Shown here piece after piece: positions 16,145 to 26,145 of a DNA stretch of 51,395 nucleotides. Where the stretch lies: assembly GCA_044356825.1 (NCBI GenBank), contig JBIKVM010000001.1:1-51395 (forward strand), in the 5' to 3' direction. A model generated the notes under the pieces. It was given only the letters and a program-made list of their open reading frames with translations. It was not told the DNA's origin and searched no databases. The stretch's first letter is position 1. Every line of letters starts with the position of its first letter. The translations under genes and the position numbers were made by a program. Source of the stretch: Limisphaerales bacterium. Its GTDB lineage: Bacteria > Pseudomonadota > Alphaproteobacteria > Rhodobacterales > Rhodobacteraceae.

Positions 16145-16774
16145 CTATTGCAGGATGAACGAGGTGAAGTAGAGCCCCTCCACCCCTCCGAAACCTTCGA
16201 GGGCTTCGAGCTTGGCATTGATGGCGCCGCGCATCCGCTCGGCCAGCGCATCCCGCCCCGCCTTGCCCTCGATGTCCTCTTCGGTGAACTCGCTGATGAT
16301 TCCGAGGATCTCGGAGCGCAGTGAAAGCTGATGCGTGTCGACATTGGTGATGACCGTCTGATCATACTGGGTCGACACCCCGATTCCGACCTGGAGGAAC
16401 TTGCGCGAGTTGCGCAGGTTGGTCGTGAATGTGCCCGGGAACTCGTAATAGGAGGTCACGAAGGTCTCGACCTCGGGCACCTCCTTGACGTTGAGTTGCG
16501 GCGCGCCAGCCTCGCCCTCGGCGCCTTCGGCGGCCTCCTCGCCTTCGGCGGGGGCTTCCTCCTCGGCAGGGGGTTCAAGCTGGCCGCTCTCCATCAGCTT
16601 GCGCTCGATGATGCTCTCGATTTCTTCCGACGGCGTCGGCGCGGCGCGACCGAAGACGACGTAGCCCGCCCCGAGGCCTACGCCGACAAGGCCCAGCCCT
16701 GCCCCGACGAGGCCGAGAACCTTGATGAGGCCACCCTTCTTCTTCTTGCCATCGTCTGCGGGTTGATCCGGCAT
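16145..16774 (-). CDS. fliL: Flagellar basal-body-associated protein FliL, 209 aa
   Basis: Lys-rich N-terminus, one TM segment, and a FliL domain ending EGLYFTSFILQ. Sits directly upstream of fliM. Confidence 0.85.
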   Translation of the reverse strand: MPDQPADDGKKKKGGLIKVLGLVGAGLGLVGVGLGAGYVVFGRAAPTPSEEIESIIERKLMESGQLEPPAEEEAPAEGEEAAEGAEGEAGAPQLNVKEVPEVETFVTSYYEFPGTFTTNLRNSRKFLQVGIGVSTQYDQTVITNVDTHQLSLRSEILGIISEFTEEDIEGKAGRDALAERMRGAINAKLEALEGFGGVEGLYFTSFILQ

Positions 16775-16797
16775 GATGCGTGTCCTTCTCGGCGTCG

Positions 16798-18807
16798 TCA
16801 GGCGATCAGATTAATCGACGATGAAGTTTCTTCAAGTTTACGCACGCGGGCGTCCGTCTCGGCCCCGCGCGCCGCAGTGGACTTGCGGTCGGACGCGGCA
16901 CCAAGAGCGCCGGCCTTCTGGCCGCGATCCCCGCCCCGTCCCCCGCCCGACGTGCCTTGCCCGGCGGCCTGCGCCACCATCGCCCCAAGGCGGATCCCCG
17001 CCTGATCGAGCATCTGCGACAGCCGTTCTTCGCCGCTGCCGATCAGCCGCGCCGCGGCGGCGGTTTCCGTCGTGATCTGCACCTGCGCGCGATCTTGCGC
17101 CAGCTCGATGCGGATCTTCAGCGTTCCGAGGTTCTTGGGTCTGAGCGATATCTCCAGCCCCCCGCGCAACTCGCGCACCGCGCCCGCGATCTCGCGCGTC
17201 AGACGGGCATCGAAATCGGCCGCGCGCGCATCGATGATCGCGCGCACGGCGGAGCGTGGCGCAGCTGTGGCACTCTGGGATTGCTGTGCTTGGGTCTGGC
17301 TCCCTTCGCCACCCTGCGCCGATCCGCCTTGCGCGCCAGCACCACCATCGGATGGGGTCGCTGCGGGGGCGCGAACGGGGGCCGAGGCATCGGGCGCGCT
17401 GGCAAAGCTGCGCTTCGATCCACCTGCCACATCGGGCTGGGGATCCGCCGCCGCGACAGGTTGACCGGCGGGGGGGGCGAGGCGGGCAGCATGGACCGCA
17501 ACCTCGCGCGCGCCACGGGCAACCATGGCGTCAGACGGCCTCGATACGGCCTGTGGCGTCGCAGCCTGTGGGCCGATCTGCTGCGCAACCTGGACCAGCG
17601 CGGCGGCTGACCCCTGCGAAACGGGTGTCGCCGCGCCATCTGCACGGGCGGGGCCGCGCACCGCGAGTAACTCGCCCGAAGCCGGATCCAGAGCGGGATC
17701 GACGGTCGCTGCGCCGCGTTCGGCCTGGCGCAGCGGGTCCGGCCCCGTGGCCGGCGCAGAGCCCGGCGGGGCAAGCGCAGCATCATCCGGGGCAGATGCG
17801 CCGGTGTCGGGTGACATTACGGGGACGCCCCCAGCAGGACGGCGAACATCCGCCGCAACGGGGCTTGGGCGGGGGTTGCGGGGGCTTGGTTCCGCCTGGA
17901 CGGAGATGTCGGGCCCGGACCCTCCGCCCGGTGCGACCTCGGTCGCCACGGATTCGCCCGGTGCCGGTTCTGGCTGGGCGGGGATGCCGACGGCTGGCGC
18001 CGCGACCGGCGCGGCAGATACCGCTGCCACGCCACCCGAAACCGGGATGGCCGGCGCAGGCGCGGCTGACTGGGCCCCGTCTGTCCGCGAGGCCCTGCGC
18101 TGGGCCGTGATGGGAACCCGACCCGCGGATGCGGCCAATCCGTCGGGCGCCGGCAGACCATCGGCAGAATCGGCAGGCGGCGCGGCGGCCGCCGCTATCG
18201 GGATCGGGACCAGGGGCAGGTCAGGCGCAGATTGGCCCGCAATCGCCTCGGGGTCATCGGCCGGAAGCGGCTCATCGGCCTCGGCGGCGGACTCGGGCGA
18301 CGTCACGGGGGAAGTCGTGGGTTCACCTGCCGGAACGACCGTGCCCAACTCGGGCTCAATCGGCAGGCCCTCAAATGGCGCATCGGCTTCGGAACCGACC
18401 TCGACGACGGCGGGCATAAGGGCACCGGCCAAAGCTTCGCCGTCGGGCGCTGCGTCGGACCCGATGGCGAGCACGGGCTCAGGCAGAGACCCAGGCAGAC
18501 TGTCGCCCGTCTCATCCTGGGGAAGAATCGGAAAGGCGAGGGGCGTAACCTCGAGCGCGACATCAACGGGCTCCACCTCGGCCGAAGGCAGCGCGACCGA
18601 CGCGACGGCTGTCTCGTCACCCGGATTCGCCTGGTGCGGCAGACCCGCTGCAGCGGCTGCTGCGGGATCGGTGGCAAGACCGAGGTTGAACAGCGCCGCG
18701 AACGGATCACCCGCCGGCGCGGCACGACCGGGCCCTGCGGTTCGCGCCACCGGATCATGCGGCGCCATATCCGAACCGATCGCCAGCGTGCTCATGGCCC
18801 TGTGCAT
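16798..18807 (-). CDS. fliK: Hook-length control protein FliK, about 669 aa
   Basis: Pro/Ala-rich central region. C-terminal Flg_hook domain: LRPKNLGTLKIRIELAQDRAQVQITTETAAAARL. The ORF-track TTG start (18846) lies inside the sigma54 promoter, so ATG 18807 (or 18795) is preferred. Confidence 0.8.
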   Translation of the reverse strand: MHRAMSTLAIGSDMAPHDPVARTAGPGRAAPAGDPFAALFNLGLATDPAAAAAAGLPHQANPGDETAVASVALPSAEVEPVDVALEVTPLAFPILPQDETGDSLPGSLPEPVLAIGSDAAPDGEALAGALMPAVVEVGSEADAPFEGLPIEPELGTVVPAGEPTTSPVTSPESAAEADEPLPADDPEAIAGQSAPDLPLVPIPIAAAAAPPADSADGLPAPDGLAASAGRVPITAQRRASRTDGAQSAAPAPAIPVSGGVAAVSAAPVAAPAVGIPAQPEPAPGESVATEVAPGGGSGPDISVQAEPSPRNPRPSPVAADVRRPAGGVPVMSPDTGASAPDDAALAPPGSAPATGPDPLRQAERGAATVDPALDPASGELLAVRGPARADGAATPVSQGSAAALVQVAQQIGPQAATPQAVSRPSDAMVARGAREVAVHAARLAPPAGQPVAAADPQPDVAGGSKRSFASAPDASAPVRAPAATPSDGGAGAQGGSAQGGEGSQTQAQQSQSATAAPRSAVRAIIDARAADFDARLTREIAGAVRELRGGLEISLRPKNLGTLKIRIELAQDRAQVQITTETAAAARLIGSGEERLSQMLDQAGIRLGAMVAQAAGQGTSGGGRGGDRGQKAGALGAASDRKSTAARGAETDARVRKLEETSSSINLIA

Positions 18808-18841
18808 CCCTGCCCCGGATGGGGCGCGTCCGAAGGTGTCT

Positions 18842-18857
18842 TGCAAGGATGATGCCA
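18842..18857 (-). promoter_or_regulatory. sigma54 promoter of fliK: TGGCAT-catcc-TTGCA
   Basis: Near-perfect consensus with correct spacing. Sits in the 62-nt gap between the fliJ stop (18870) and the fliK ATG. Confidence 0.65.
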
Positions 18858-18869
18858 GCCGTCCGCCAC

Positions 18870-19289
18870 TCAGGGCTTGCGACCCTTGCGGCCGGGCGGC
18901 AGCAGTTGTTCGGCTGCGGCCTCGCGGGCTGCTTCTGCGGCGTCGCGCTCGACGCTCGCCCGATCGCCATAGAGCGTCTCGCGCCGCTTCATCTGGGCGA
19001 GCTTCTTTCGGCTATGGTCTATCTCGGTGCGCAGGAATTCCGCCCGATTGGCGCTGATCTCGCGCTGGGCCTCGAGCTTCACGCCGATCCCGAGCCGTGC
19101 GCGGAGCGCGGGCGCAGACATCTCGCCTTCGCGGGGCCGATTTTCCTCGATCAGGGTCGACAGCTTGTCGGCCATCGTCGCGATCCGCGCATGTTCGGCA
19201 GAGGTGACGCCCAGATCGGCAGCGATACGCCGCATCCGGATCACCTCGCGCTTGCGCAGCAGTTCGATCAGTCGCGCCTTGTCCGACAC
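18870..19289 (-). CDS. fliJ: Flagellar export protein FliJ, 139 aa (GTG start)
   Basis: GTG at 19289, one nt after the fliI TGA. Helical and charged, with FliJ-like size. Called mainly from its fliI-downstream position. Confidence 0.6.
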   Translation of the reverse strand: MSDKARLIELLRKREVIRMRRIAADLGVTSAEHARIATMADKLSTLIEENRPREGEMSAPALRARLGIGVKLEAQREISANRAEFLRTEIDHSRKKLAQMKRRETLYGDRASVERDAAEAAREAAAEQLLPPGRKGRKP

Positions 19290-19290
19290 G

Positions 19291-20616
19291 TCAGCCTGCG
19301 ACCAACTCGTAGAGCGCGGCCTGCGTTTCGGCAAAGCGCGCGGCCTCGTCCGGGCCCTGCCCGACAAAGCCCGTGATCCGCGGCCAGAGCGCCACGGCAA
19401 GGTCGAGGTCGGGATCCTGCCCCGGCGAATAGCCCCCCATGAGCATCAGGTCGCGGTTCTCGAGATAGAGCGTCACCAGTCGGCGGAAGGTCGCGGCCGC
19501 CTTCATGTGCCGGGCGGGCATGATTTCGGACATCACGCGGCTCACCGACACGCCGATGTCCACCGCCGGATAGATGCCAAGCTGGGCCTGCTTGCGCGAC
19601 AGGACGATGTGGCCGTCAAGGATCGCGCGCGCGGTATCGACAACCGGGTCTGCCGTGGTGTCATCGCCATCCGCGAGCACGGTGTAGAGCGCCGTGATCG
19701 ATCCGCCGCCCGCCGGTCCCGTGCCCGAGCGTTCGACAAGGCAGGGGATCATCGAGACGACCGAGGGCGGATAGCCCTTGGCGGTCGGCTGCTCGCCGAG
19801 CGCAAGCCCCACCTCGCGCCGGGCATGGGCCACGCGGGTGAGCGAATCCATGATCAGCAGGACATGCTTGCCCTTCTCGCGGAAATATTCGGCAATCGCG
19901 GTCGCATAATTCGCGCCCCTGATCCGCAAGAGCGGCGAGCGATCGGCGGGCACCGCGACAATGCAGACCTTGCGCCGCGCCTCGCCGCGCATGACAGCCT
20001 CGTAAAAGCTGCCGACCTCGCGCCCGCGTTCACCGATCAGGCCGACGACGATCACGTCGGCCTGCGAAAAGCGCGTCATCATCGACAGCATCACGGATTT
20101 GCCCACGCCCGAGCCCGCGACGATGCCGACGCGCTGACCGCGCCCGATGGTCAGCAACGCATTGACGACGCGCACCCCGACATCGAGCGGCTCTGCCACC
20201 GGCGCGCGACCAAGCGGATTGGTGGGTCGGCCGAGCAGAGGCCAGGTTTCTCCAAGCTCGGGGGCGGGTTCGCCATCGAGCGGCTTGCCCTGCGCATCGA
20301 CGACCCGCCCGAGCAGCCCATCGCCCACCGCCACCTCGCGCCCGTCGTCGCGCGCGACCACCCGGGCGCCGACTTCGATCCGCGCCCCGAACTCATGCAA
20401 GAAGAGAAGGTTGCGCCCCTCGCGAAAGCCGATCACCTCGGCCTCGACCGTCGCGCCATCCGCACCTTCGACGGCGCAGATAGCACCCACCGAGATGGGA
20501 AATCCGTGACATTCGACGATCTGCCCATCGAACCGCGTGACACGGCCCGACGCGCGCAGGAACCGCTCGGCCGGAATCGCGGCCAACTCGGGCAGCAGGC
20601 GGTCAAGCACGCTCAT
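19291..20616 (-). CDS. fliI: Flagellum-specific ATPase FliI, 441 aa
   Basis: Walker A motif (GSGVGKSVMLSMM), Walker B region (VLLIMDSLTR), and F1-ATPase beta-like sequence throughout. Confidence 0.95.
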   Translation of the reverse strand: MSVLDRLLPELAAIPAERFLRASGRVTRFDGQIVECHGFPISVGAICAVEGADGATVEAEVIGFREGRNLLFLHEFGARIEVGARVVARDDGREVAVGDGLLGRVVDAQGKPLDGEPAPELGETWPLLGRPTNPLGRAPVAEPLDVGVRVVNALLTIGRGQRVGIVAGSGVGKSVMLSMMTRFSQADVIVVGLIGERGREVGSFYEAVMRGEARRKVCIVAVPADRSPLLRIRGANYATAIAEYFREKGKHVLLIMDSLTRVAHARREVGLALGEQPTAKGYPPSVVSMIPCLVERSGTGPAGGGSITALYTVLADGDDTTADPVVDTARAILDGHIVLSRKQAQLGIYPAVDIGVSVSRVMSEIMPARHMKAAATFRRLVTLYLENRDLMLMGGYSPGQDPDLDLAVALWPRITGFVGQGPDEAARFAETQAALYELVAG

Positions 20617-21491
20617 GCCCGATCCCCCTCGGCCACAACGGGCGGCGGCGTCACGACCGGCAGCGCATCGAGCAGCCGGACTCCGCCGATCGCGATATCG
20701 ACATCCCCCCGGTTCAGCGCCTCGCTCGGGATGATGCGGGCCTCGCCCAGCGTCTCGGAACGCCCGATGATGCTGCGCAGCGCCGCCGCATCGGCTGGAT
20801 GCAGGCGCAGCACGATGCCGCGAAGATCAGCCTGGACCTGCTCGACCATGGCCTCGATCCGCCGCAGGAAAGGCAGCGGCATCTCGTCGATGCGCGCCCC
20901 GGCACGGGCCGAGGCAAGGCCAAGAACCGCGTCACGAAGGACGGCTCCGAGATGGTCGAGGACGGCACTTCCAGGTTCGGTCAGCGCGCGCGTCGCACGA
21001 TCGAGCGCATCGAGCGCCGCGACCGTTTCGGCGTCGATCTCGCGGCGCGCCTGCGCCTCTCCAGCACGAAAGCCAGAGATGTAGGCCTCTTCCTTCTCGC
21101 GCGCGACAATCTCGGGATCGATCCCTCGCGGCGGCTCGGGCACAGGTGCGGGGGCGGGTGAAAGAGGAGCAGCATGCGGTTCGGGATGCGAGGGAACCGG
21201 GACCGCCTCGGGCGCCGGCGGCAGCACGAGTTCGGCATCCTCGACCAGCTCGCTGCGCGTCTCGGGCGCGGCAGGCGCCGGCGCAGGATCGGGGGCACGC
21301 CTCGGGGGTGGCTCCGGGCGCGCATCGCGGGCGATGTCGAGCAGGCTGCGGCTGCGGAAGGCCGAAGGCTTGCGCCCGGGGATCGATGCACCGGGCTGAT
21401 AGCTGCCCTGCCCCGCGAGACGCACGAGGGAAACGATCTCGGCTTCCTCGAGCGCGCGGGCCGTTTCGGAAACTGTCTGGGCAGGTTCCAT
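20613..21491 (-). CDS. fliH: Flagellar export protein FliH, 292 aa
   Basis: ATGA overlap with fliI. FliH-type helical segment (REKEEAYISGFRAGEAQARREI) and C-terminal domain. Pro-rich N-terminal half. Confidence 0.8.
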   Translation of the reverse strand: MEPAQTVSETARALEEAEIVSLVRLAGQGSYQPGASIPGRKPSAFRSRSLLDIARDARPEPPPRRAPDPAPAPAAPETRSELVEDAELVLPPAPEAVPVPSHPEPHAAPLSPAPAPVPEPPRGIDPEIVAREKEEAYISGFRAGEAQARREIDAETVAALDALDRATRALTEPGSAVLDHLGAVLRDAVLGLASARAGARIDEMPLPFLRRIEAMVEQVQADLRGIVLRLHPADAAALRSIIGRSETLGEARIIPSEALNRGDVDIAIGGVRLLDALPVVTPPPVVAEGDRA

Positions 21492-21503
21492 CTGCGTTCA
21501 ACC

Positions 21504-22541
21504 TCAGACCATCTCGTCGCCACCGCGGCCGGCAAGGACAATCGTGCCCTCGTCCGACAGCCTGCGCGCGACGTCGATGATCTGCTTCTGCGCCTCCTGG
21601 ACATCGGTCAGGCGGACAGGGCCGAGGGCCTCCATCTCGTCCTTGATGTTCGAGGCCGCGCGGGTGGACATGCAGCCGAAGAGCTTCTCGCGCAGCGCCT
21701 CGTCGGCGCCCTTGAGGGCGAGGGTCAACAGTTCGCTATCGACCGACCGCAGCAGCGTCTGGAGCGAGCGGTCGTCCGACATGATGAGGTTGTCGAAGAC
21801 GAACATGTTGTCCTGGATCGACTGCATGAGGTCTTTGCTGTCCTTCTTGATCTCCTTCATGATCCGCTGTTCCATCGCGGTCTTGGTGAAGTTCATGATC
21901 TTCGCCGCCGCCTTCACGCCGCCGATCTGCGAGGCGCGCAGCGTCGTGTTGGCCTTGAATTTCTGCTGCATCACGCGCTCGAGTTCGCGCACCGCGTCGG
22001 GCTGGACGGTCTCGAGCGTCGCGATCCGGCGCACCACGTCGGGCTGCATGTCCTGCGGCAGCAGCGTGAGGACATCGGCCGCGAGCGCATAGTCGAGATA
22101 CGAGATGATGAGGGCGATGATCTGCGGATGCTCGTCGAGGATGAGCTCGGAGATCGAGCGGGCGTCCATCCAGTCGAGGATCTCGATCGGGCGCTCCGAG
22201 GATGCGGGGGTGATGCGGCTCAGGACCGACTGGGCCTTGTCGACCCCGAGCGCCTTGGTCAGCACGTTGCGCACATAGTTGCCCGCGCCGAGGCCAAGGC
22301 TCGTCTGCTGCTTGATCACGGCCAGAAACTCGTCGAGGACGGCGTTCACCGTCTCCTGATCGACCCCCTGGACCGAATACATCGCCGTCCCGAGGTGCTG
22401 GACCTCGCGCGGGGTCAGGTTCTTGAGGATCTCGGCCGCCTCGTCCTCGCCCAGAAGCATCATCAGGATCGCCGACTTCTGCGTTCCGGTGAGCGTGTCG
22501 AAGAGCCGCTCCTCGCCCGTCTGCTGTGCAGGTTCCGCCAT
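21504..22541 (-). CDS. fliG: Flagellar motor switch protein FliG, 345 aa
   Basis: LTGTQKSAILMMLLGEDEAAEILKNL N-terminus. C-terminal torque-generating domain with MFVFDNL and the charged helix. Confidence 0.95.
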   Translation of the reverse strand: MAEPAQQTGEERLFDTLTGTQKSAILMMLLGEDEAAEILKNLTPREVQHLGTAMYSVQGVDQETVNAVLDEFLAVIKQQTSLGLGAGNYVRNVLTKALGVDKAQSVLSRITPASSERPIEILDWMDARSISELILDEHPQIIALIISYLDYALAADVLTLLPQDMQPDVVRRIATLETVQPDAVRELERVMQQKFKANTTLRASQIGGVKAAAKIMNFTKTAMEQRIMKEIKKDSKDLMQSIQDNMFVFDNLIMSDDRSLQTLLRSVDSELLTLALKGADEALREKLFGCMSTRAASNIKDEMEALGPVRLTDVQEAQKQIIDVARRLSDEGTIVLAGRGGDEMV

Positions 22542-22586
22542 TGCTCGCTCCGTCGCCGCGCCCCCGCTTCGGGGGGCGCCCCTGTG

Positions 22587-24341
22587 TCAGAGATACGACA
22601 TGTCCTTCTTCATCATCTGCTTGAACACGTTCGACACGCGCCCCGCCTCGTCCGAGACGATCATGCGGATGATGGCGACCTTGTCGTCGTAGGTGTTCGC
22701 CGTGTCGAGCATCTCGAGCGAGATGTTCGACTTCTTGGGCTTCAGCTTGGCCTTGATCTCGTCCAGCGTCTCGCCCTCCTTGACCACGACCGAGTCGAGC
22801 GCATCGACCTCGTCGTCGCTCAACCCGCCACGCGCCACCGCATCGCCGCCCGACGGTACGAGGACACGGTTCAAGAGCGGCCGGATGACCCCGAGCGCGA
22901 TGACCGCAAGCGTAAGGACTGTCAGGAACTGCTGCGCCGCAAGCTTGACCCAGCCGGTCTCGAACCATTCGACCTTCACCGATTCATCAAGCTGCTGCAC
23001 GAAGGGCTGCGCCATCACGGTCACGACATCGCCGCGCTCCTCGTCAAGTCCGACGACCCCGGCGACGAGGCTGCGGATCTCCTCTAGCGTTTCGGGCGCA
23101 AAGGGAACGGGTTCGACCAGGCCGGTCTCGGGATTGATCGCCTCGCGCTCGCGTACCAGTACCGCGACGGCAACGCGCGAGATCTTGGTCGCGGGGTCCA
23201 TCGTCGTCTCGACCTTGCGGCTGATCTCGTAGTTCTGCACCGAACTGGTGGACTCGCTCTCGACCGAGGGATCTGCTGCTCCGGCTTCGGATCCGGGCAG
23301 GTTGGACGTAAGTTCAGCCTCAGTGGGCGCGCGGTTCGATACCGCACCCGGGATGCCCTGGGCCTCGGGATTGCGGCTGACGTCGCGGGTGCTCTGGGCG
23401 CTGCGCAGAGCGTTGCCCTCGGGATCGACCCGCTCTTCGGTGACCTCCCGGCGCGTGAAATCGATATCGAGGTTGACCTGCGCGTTCACGTTGCCCGCAC
23501 CCACGATCGGCCCGACAAGCATCTCGATACGGCTGCGATAGATCGATTCAAGCCGCATCCGGTAGCGCAACTGGCTGTCCGACAGGATCGAGGACGGATC
23601 ATCGAGCGAGCGCGTCAGCATCCGGCCCTGCTGGTCCACGACAGTCACGCCCTCGCGCGCCATGTTGGGCACCGATGCCGCCACGAGGTTCACGATCGCC
23701 TCGACCTGATCCTCGTCCAGCTTCCGCCCGGCGGCGATCTGCAGAAATACCGACGCGGTCGGCGTCTCCTGCTCGCGCACGAACACGGATCTCTCGGGCA
23801 AGGCGAGATGGACGCGCGCTGACTGCACCGCGGCGATTTCGGTGATCGAGCGGGCAAGCTCGATTTCCTGTGTCTGCTTCAGGCGCATGATCTCGACGGA
23901 TCGCGACGTGCCCATCGGAATGTCGCCAAGCGCGGCATAGCCATCGGGAACCACGCTGGGCAGGCCCTGCGCCGCAAGGCTCATCCGCGAGCGGTGATAG
24001 TCCGCAACGGGAACGAGCACATCGCCCGTCGTCGGATCGACCGACACCTCGTAGCCCGAATTGGTCAGCGCCTCCACAACCCGGGCCTTCTCGGCTTCGG
24101 GCAGCGAGGCATAGAGGGTCGTCATCTTGGGTTGCTGAACCATGGCATAGAGCGCGATGCCCGCGATGGCGGCAATCACCGTGACGATGGTCGGCACGGC
24201 GCGTCGGAATCCGGGCTGCGCCGTCATCTCGCGCAGGTTTGCGAAGATATTGCCGCCCGATGACATGAGGCTGACCGCCCCGCCGGGTCGTCCGACGGCT
24301 GCGGCAACTTGGGTCGATCTCGCCTCGGGTGCTCTGGCCAT
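22587..24341 (-). CDS. fliF: MS-ring protein FliF, 584 aa (alternative ATG at 24266)
   Basis: N-terminal TM segment, YscJ/FliF ring domains (TLYASLPEAEKARVVEALTNSGYEV), second TM segment, and C-terminal FliG-binding tail. Confidence 0.92.
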   Translation of the reverse strand: MARAPEARSTQVAAAVGRPGGAVSLMSSGGNIFANLREMTAQPGFRRAVPTIVTVIAAIAGIALYAMVQQPKMTTLYASLPEAEKARVVEALTNSGYEVSVDPTTGDVLVPVADYHRSRMSLAAQGLPSVVPDGYAALGDIPMGTSRSVEIMRLKQTQEIELARSITEIAAVQSARVHLALPERSVFVREQETPTASVFLQIAAGRKLDEDQVEAIVNLVAASVPNMAREGVTVVDQQGRMLTRSLDDPSSILSDSQLRYRMRLESIYRSRIEMLVGPIVGAGNVNAQVNLDIDFTRREVTEERVDPEGNALRSAQSTRDVSRNPEAQGIPGAVSNRAPTEAELTSNLPGSEAGAADPSVESESTSSVQNYEISRKVETTMDPATKISRVAVAVLVREREAINPETGLVEPVPFAPETLEEIRSLVAGVVGLDEERGDVVTVMAQPFVQQLDESVKVEWFETGWVKLAAQQFLTVLTLAVIALGVIRPLLNRVLVPSGGDAVARGGLSDDEVDALDSVVVKEGETLDEIKAKLKPKKSNISLEMLDTANTYDDKVAIIRMIVSDEAGRVSNVFKQMMKKDMSYL

Positions 24342-24387
24342 TCTTCACTCTCGCGGTTCGGTCGTCTTCGGGGATGAGCGTGCCGGA

Positions 24388-24717
24388 TCAGACCGGCATG
24401 TTCATGATGTCCTTGTAGGCACTCAGCGCCTTGTTGCGCAGGCTCAGCGTCAGCTGGAACCCGAGCGATGAGACCTGCTGGCTGATCATCACCTTGGCCA
24501 GGTCGTTCTCGAGGCCGAGTTCGTAGTTGCGCGCCATCTCGCTTGCGCTGTTCTGCGCGTCGGCGACATCGCGCAGGCCGGCGCCGAGCCGCTCGGCAAA
24601 GCCCGGCGCGTCGGCTGCCGGGCGGATCGATGCTTCCGAGAATTTCTCGTGAATGCGCGCGGCCGTCTGCAGATGGGTCTGCCCGACCTCGAAGCGCAGC
24701 TTGGGGATCTGCGACAT
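24388..24717 (-). CDS. fliE: Basal-body protein FliE, 109 aa
   Basis: C-terminus ISQQVSSLGFQLTLSLRNKALSAYKDIMNMPV is typical FliE. Confidence 0.9.
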   Translation of the reverse strand: MSQIPKLRFEVGQTHLQTAARIHEKFSEASIRPAADAPGFAERLGAGLRDVADAQNSASEMARNYELGLENDLAKVMISQQVSSLGFQLTLSLRNKALSAYKDIMNMPV

Positions 24718-24728
24718 GCCTGCACCTC

Positions 24729-25916
24729 CTAATAGGCCATGCCGGCCACACGACGGCCGAAGGCGGTTTCATCGCGCCGCAGACGCAATCCGTCGGAGGG
24801 CGCATCGACGATGATGTCAGTTGCGGTTATGACCCCCTCGGCATGCAGCACGAGCGCCCGCTGCATCACGTTCTCGAGTTCGCGCACGTTGCCCGGCCAG
24901 TCATGGGCCAGCAACAGCGCGACCGCATCCTCGCCGAGCATCGGCATTGGCGTGCCGGGCGGGCAATGCTTGCGCAAGAGCGCGGCCGCGATCGCCACGA
25001 TATCGTCGCGCCGCTCCGCGAGCGCGCGCGTCGCCAGCGGAAAGACGTTCAAGCGATAGAAGAGATCCTCGCGGAAGCGGTTCTGGCGGACTTCTTCGTG
25101 GATGTCGCGGTTCGTCGTCGCGACGATGCGGACATCGACCTTGATCTCCGCCTGGCCGCCAAGCGGGGTCACGGTGCGCTCCTGCAGCACGCGCAAGAGC
25201 TTCGATTGCAGCCCGAGCGGCATCTCGGAAATCTCGTCCAGCAGCAGCGTGCCCCCCTCGGCGGCGCGGAAGATCCCCTTGTTGGCAAGCGACGCGCCGG
25301 TGAACGCACCCTTCTCGTGGCCAAACAGCACGGCCTCGAGCATGTTCTCGGGGATCGCGGCACAGTTGATCGCGACAAAGGGGTTGCCCCGGCGGACCGA
25401 GCGCAGATGGACATAGCGCGCGAGCACTTCCTTGCCGGTCCCCGTCGGTCCGTTGACGAAGACCGTCACGTCCGATCGCGCAACGCGGTCTGCAAGTTCC
25501 ATCAGCCGCGTCGTCGAGGGATCGGCCGCGATCATGTTCGAGGTTTCGGCACACAGGACGTCCGCGGCATGGAGCAGCGCGAAATCCTGCGCGAGCGGCA
25601 GGCCGGCGCGCGCAGTCGGCAGGCCCATCCGGATTACCCGGCCGCCCAGCTCGGTTTCGCAGACAAGGGTCGCGGCAGACTCGTCGAGGATCACGACAAG
25701 ACGAGGCCGCAGTGGCCGAAGCCGCTCAGTCAGCGCGCGCAACCCGCCGGCCGCGGCAACTGCGGCGGCCCCGCATGCATAGGCTGCCCCTGGTTGCACG
25801 CCGGGATCTCGGCCAGGATCGGCCGAAACCACCGCCCGGACCTTGCGGCGGGAAATCGCCTCGGCGAGCCGTTCGGCTGCAGCGAACCCGTTTGCATCGA
25901 TCACGACGTCGGACAT
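24729..25916 (-). CDS. fleT: sigma54 enhancer-binding protein without a DNA-binding domain (FleT-like), 395 aa
   Basis: Internal ATG 25916 with GGGAG at 8-nt spacing. AAA+ core: GPTGTGKE, GAFTGA (HEKGAFTGA), VRELEN. About 130 aa of N-terminal domain. Only about 45 aa follow the AAA+ core, with no Fis-type HTH. It is the first gene of the fliEFGHIJ operon, as described for R. sphaeroides fleT. Confidence 0.8.
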   Translation of the reverse strand: MSDVVIDANGFAAAERLAEAISRRKVRAVVSADPGRDPGVQPGAAYACGAAAVAAAGGLRALTERLRPLRPRLVVILDESAATLVCETELGGRVIRMGLPTARAGLPLAQDFALLHAADVLCAETSNMIAADPSTTRLMELADRVARSDVTVFVNGPTGTGKEVLARYVHLRSVRRGNPFVAINCAAIPENMLEAVLFGHEKGAFTGASLANKGIFRAAEGGTLLLDEISEMPLGLQSKLLRVLQERTVTPLGGQAEIKVDVRIVATTNRDIHEEVRQNRFREDLFYRLNVFPLATRALAERRDDIVAIAAALLRKHCPPGTPMPMLGEDAVALLLAHDWPGNVRELENVMQRALVLHAEGVITATDIIVDAPSDGLRLRRDETAFGRRVAGMAY

Positions 25917-25946
25917 CTTGCGCACTCCCTTGCGTCTCAAAGGAAA

Positions 25947-25962
25947 GGCAAGAAGCGGGCCA
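25947..25962 (-). promoter_or_regulatory. sigma54 promoter of fleT-fliE operon: TGGCCC-gcttc-TTGCC
   Basis: Correct GG-N10-GC spacing. The predicted transcription start is about 20 nt upstream of ATG 25916. Confidence 0.55.
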
Positions 25963-25976
25963 ACCCCCGCAGGGCC

Positions 25977-25992
25977 TGTCGGAATGCCCCGA
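25977..25992. promoter_or_regulatory. Palindromic box TGTCGGAATGCCCCGA (12/16; left half perfect)
   Basis: Immediately upstream of the fleT sigma54 promoter. Confidence 0.35.
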
Positions 25993-26002
25993 TCAAAGCA
26001 CA

Positions 26003-26015
26003 CAAATATCTGACT
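26003..26015 (-). promoter_or_regulatory. IHF-like site AGTCAGATATTTG within a 33-nt AT-rich island (26004-26036)
   Basis: One mismatch to WATCARNNNNTTR, with an A/T tract on its 5' side. Lies between the upstream boxes and the fleT sigma54 promoter, centred about -73. This is the only strongly AT-rich stretch in the region. Confidence 0.35.
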
Positions 26016-26077
26016 TATATAAATTATTCAGGATTTGTCTGGACTGCGGAACAGCGCCCGGAACGGGCTTTGATCGG

Positions 26078-26093
26078 TGTCGGAAACACGTCA
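26078..26093. promoter_or_regulatory. Palindromic box TGTCGGAAACACGTCA (12/16)
   Basis: About 150 bp upstream of the fleT transcription start. Embedded in the GGTGT...ACACC inverted repeat. Confidence 0.35.
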
Positions 26094-26129
26094 CACCGAG
26101 CAGGCGATCCGATCGGCCAACCATGCGGG

Positions 26130-26145
26130 CGTCGGGAATCCGCCG
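26130..26145. promoter_or_regulatory. Palindromic box cGTCGGGAATCCGCCg (11/16)
   Basis: About 200 bp upstream of the fleT transcription start, just downstream of the fliL-like stop codon. Confidence 0.3.
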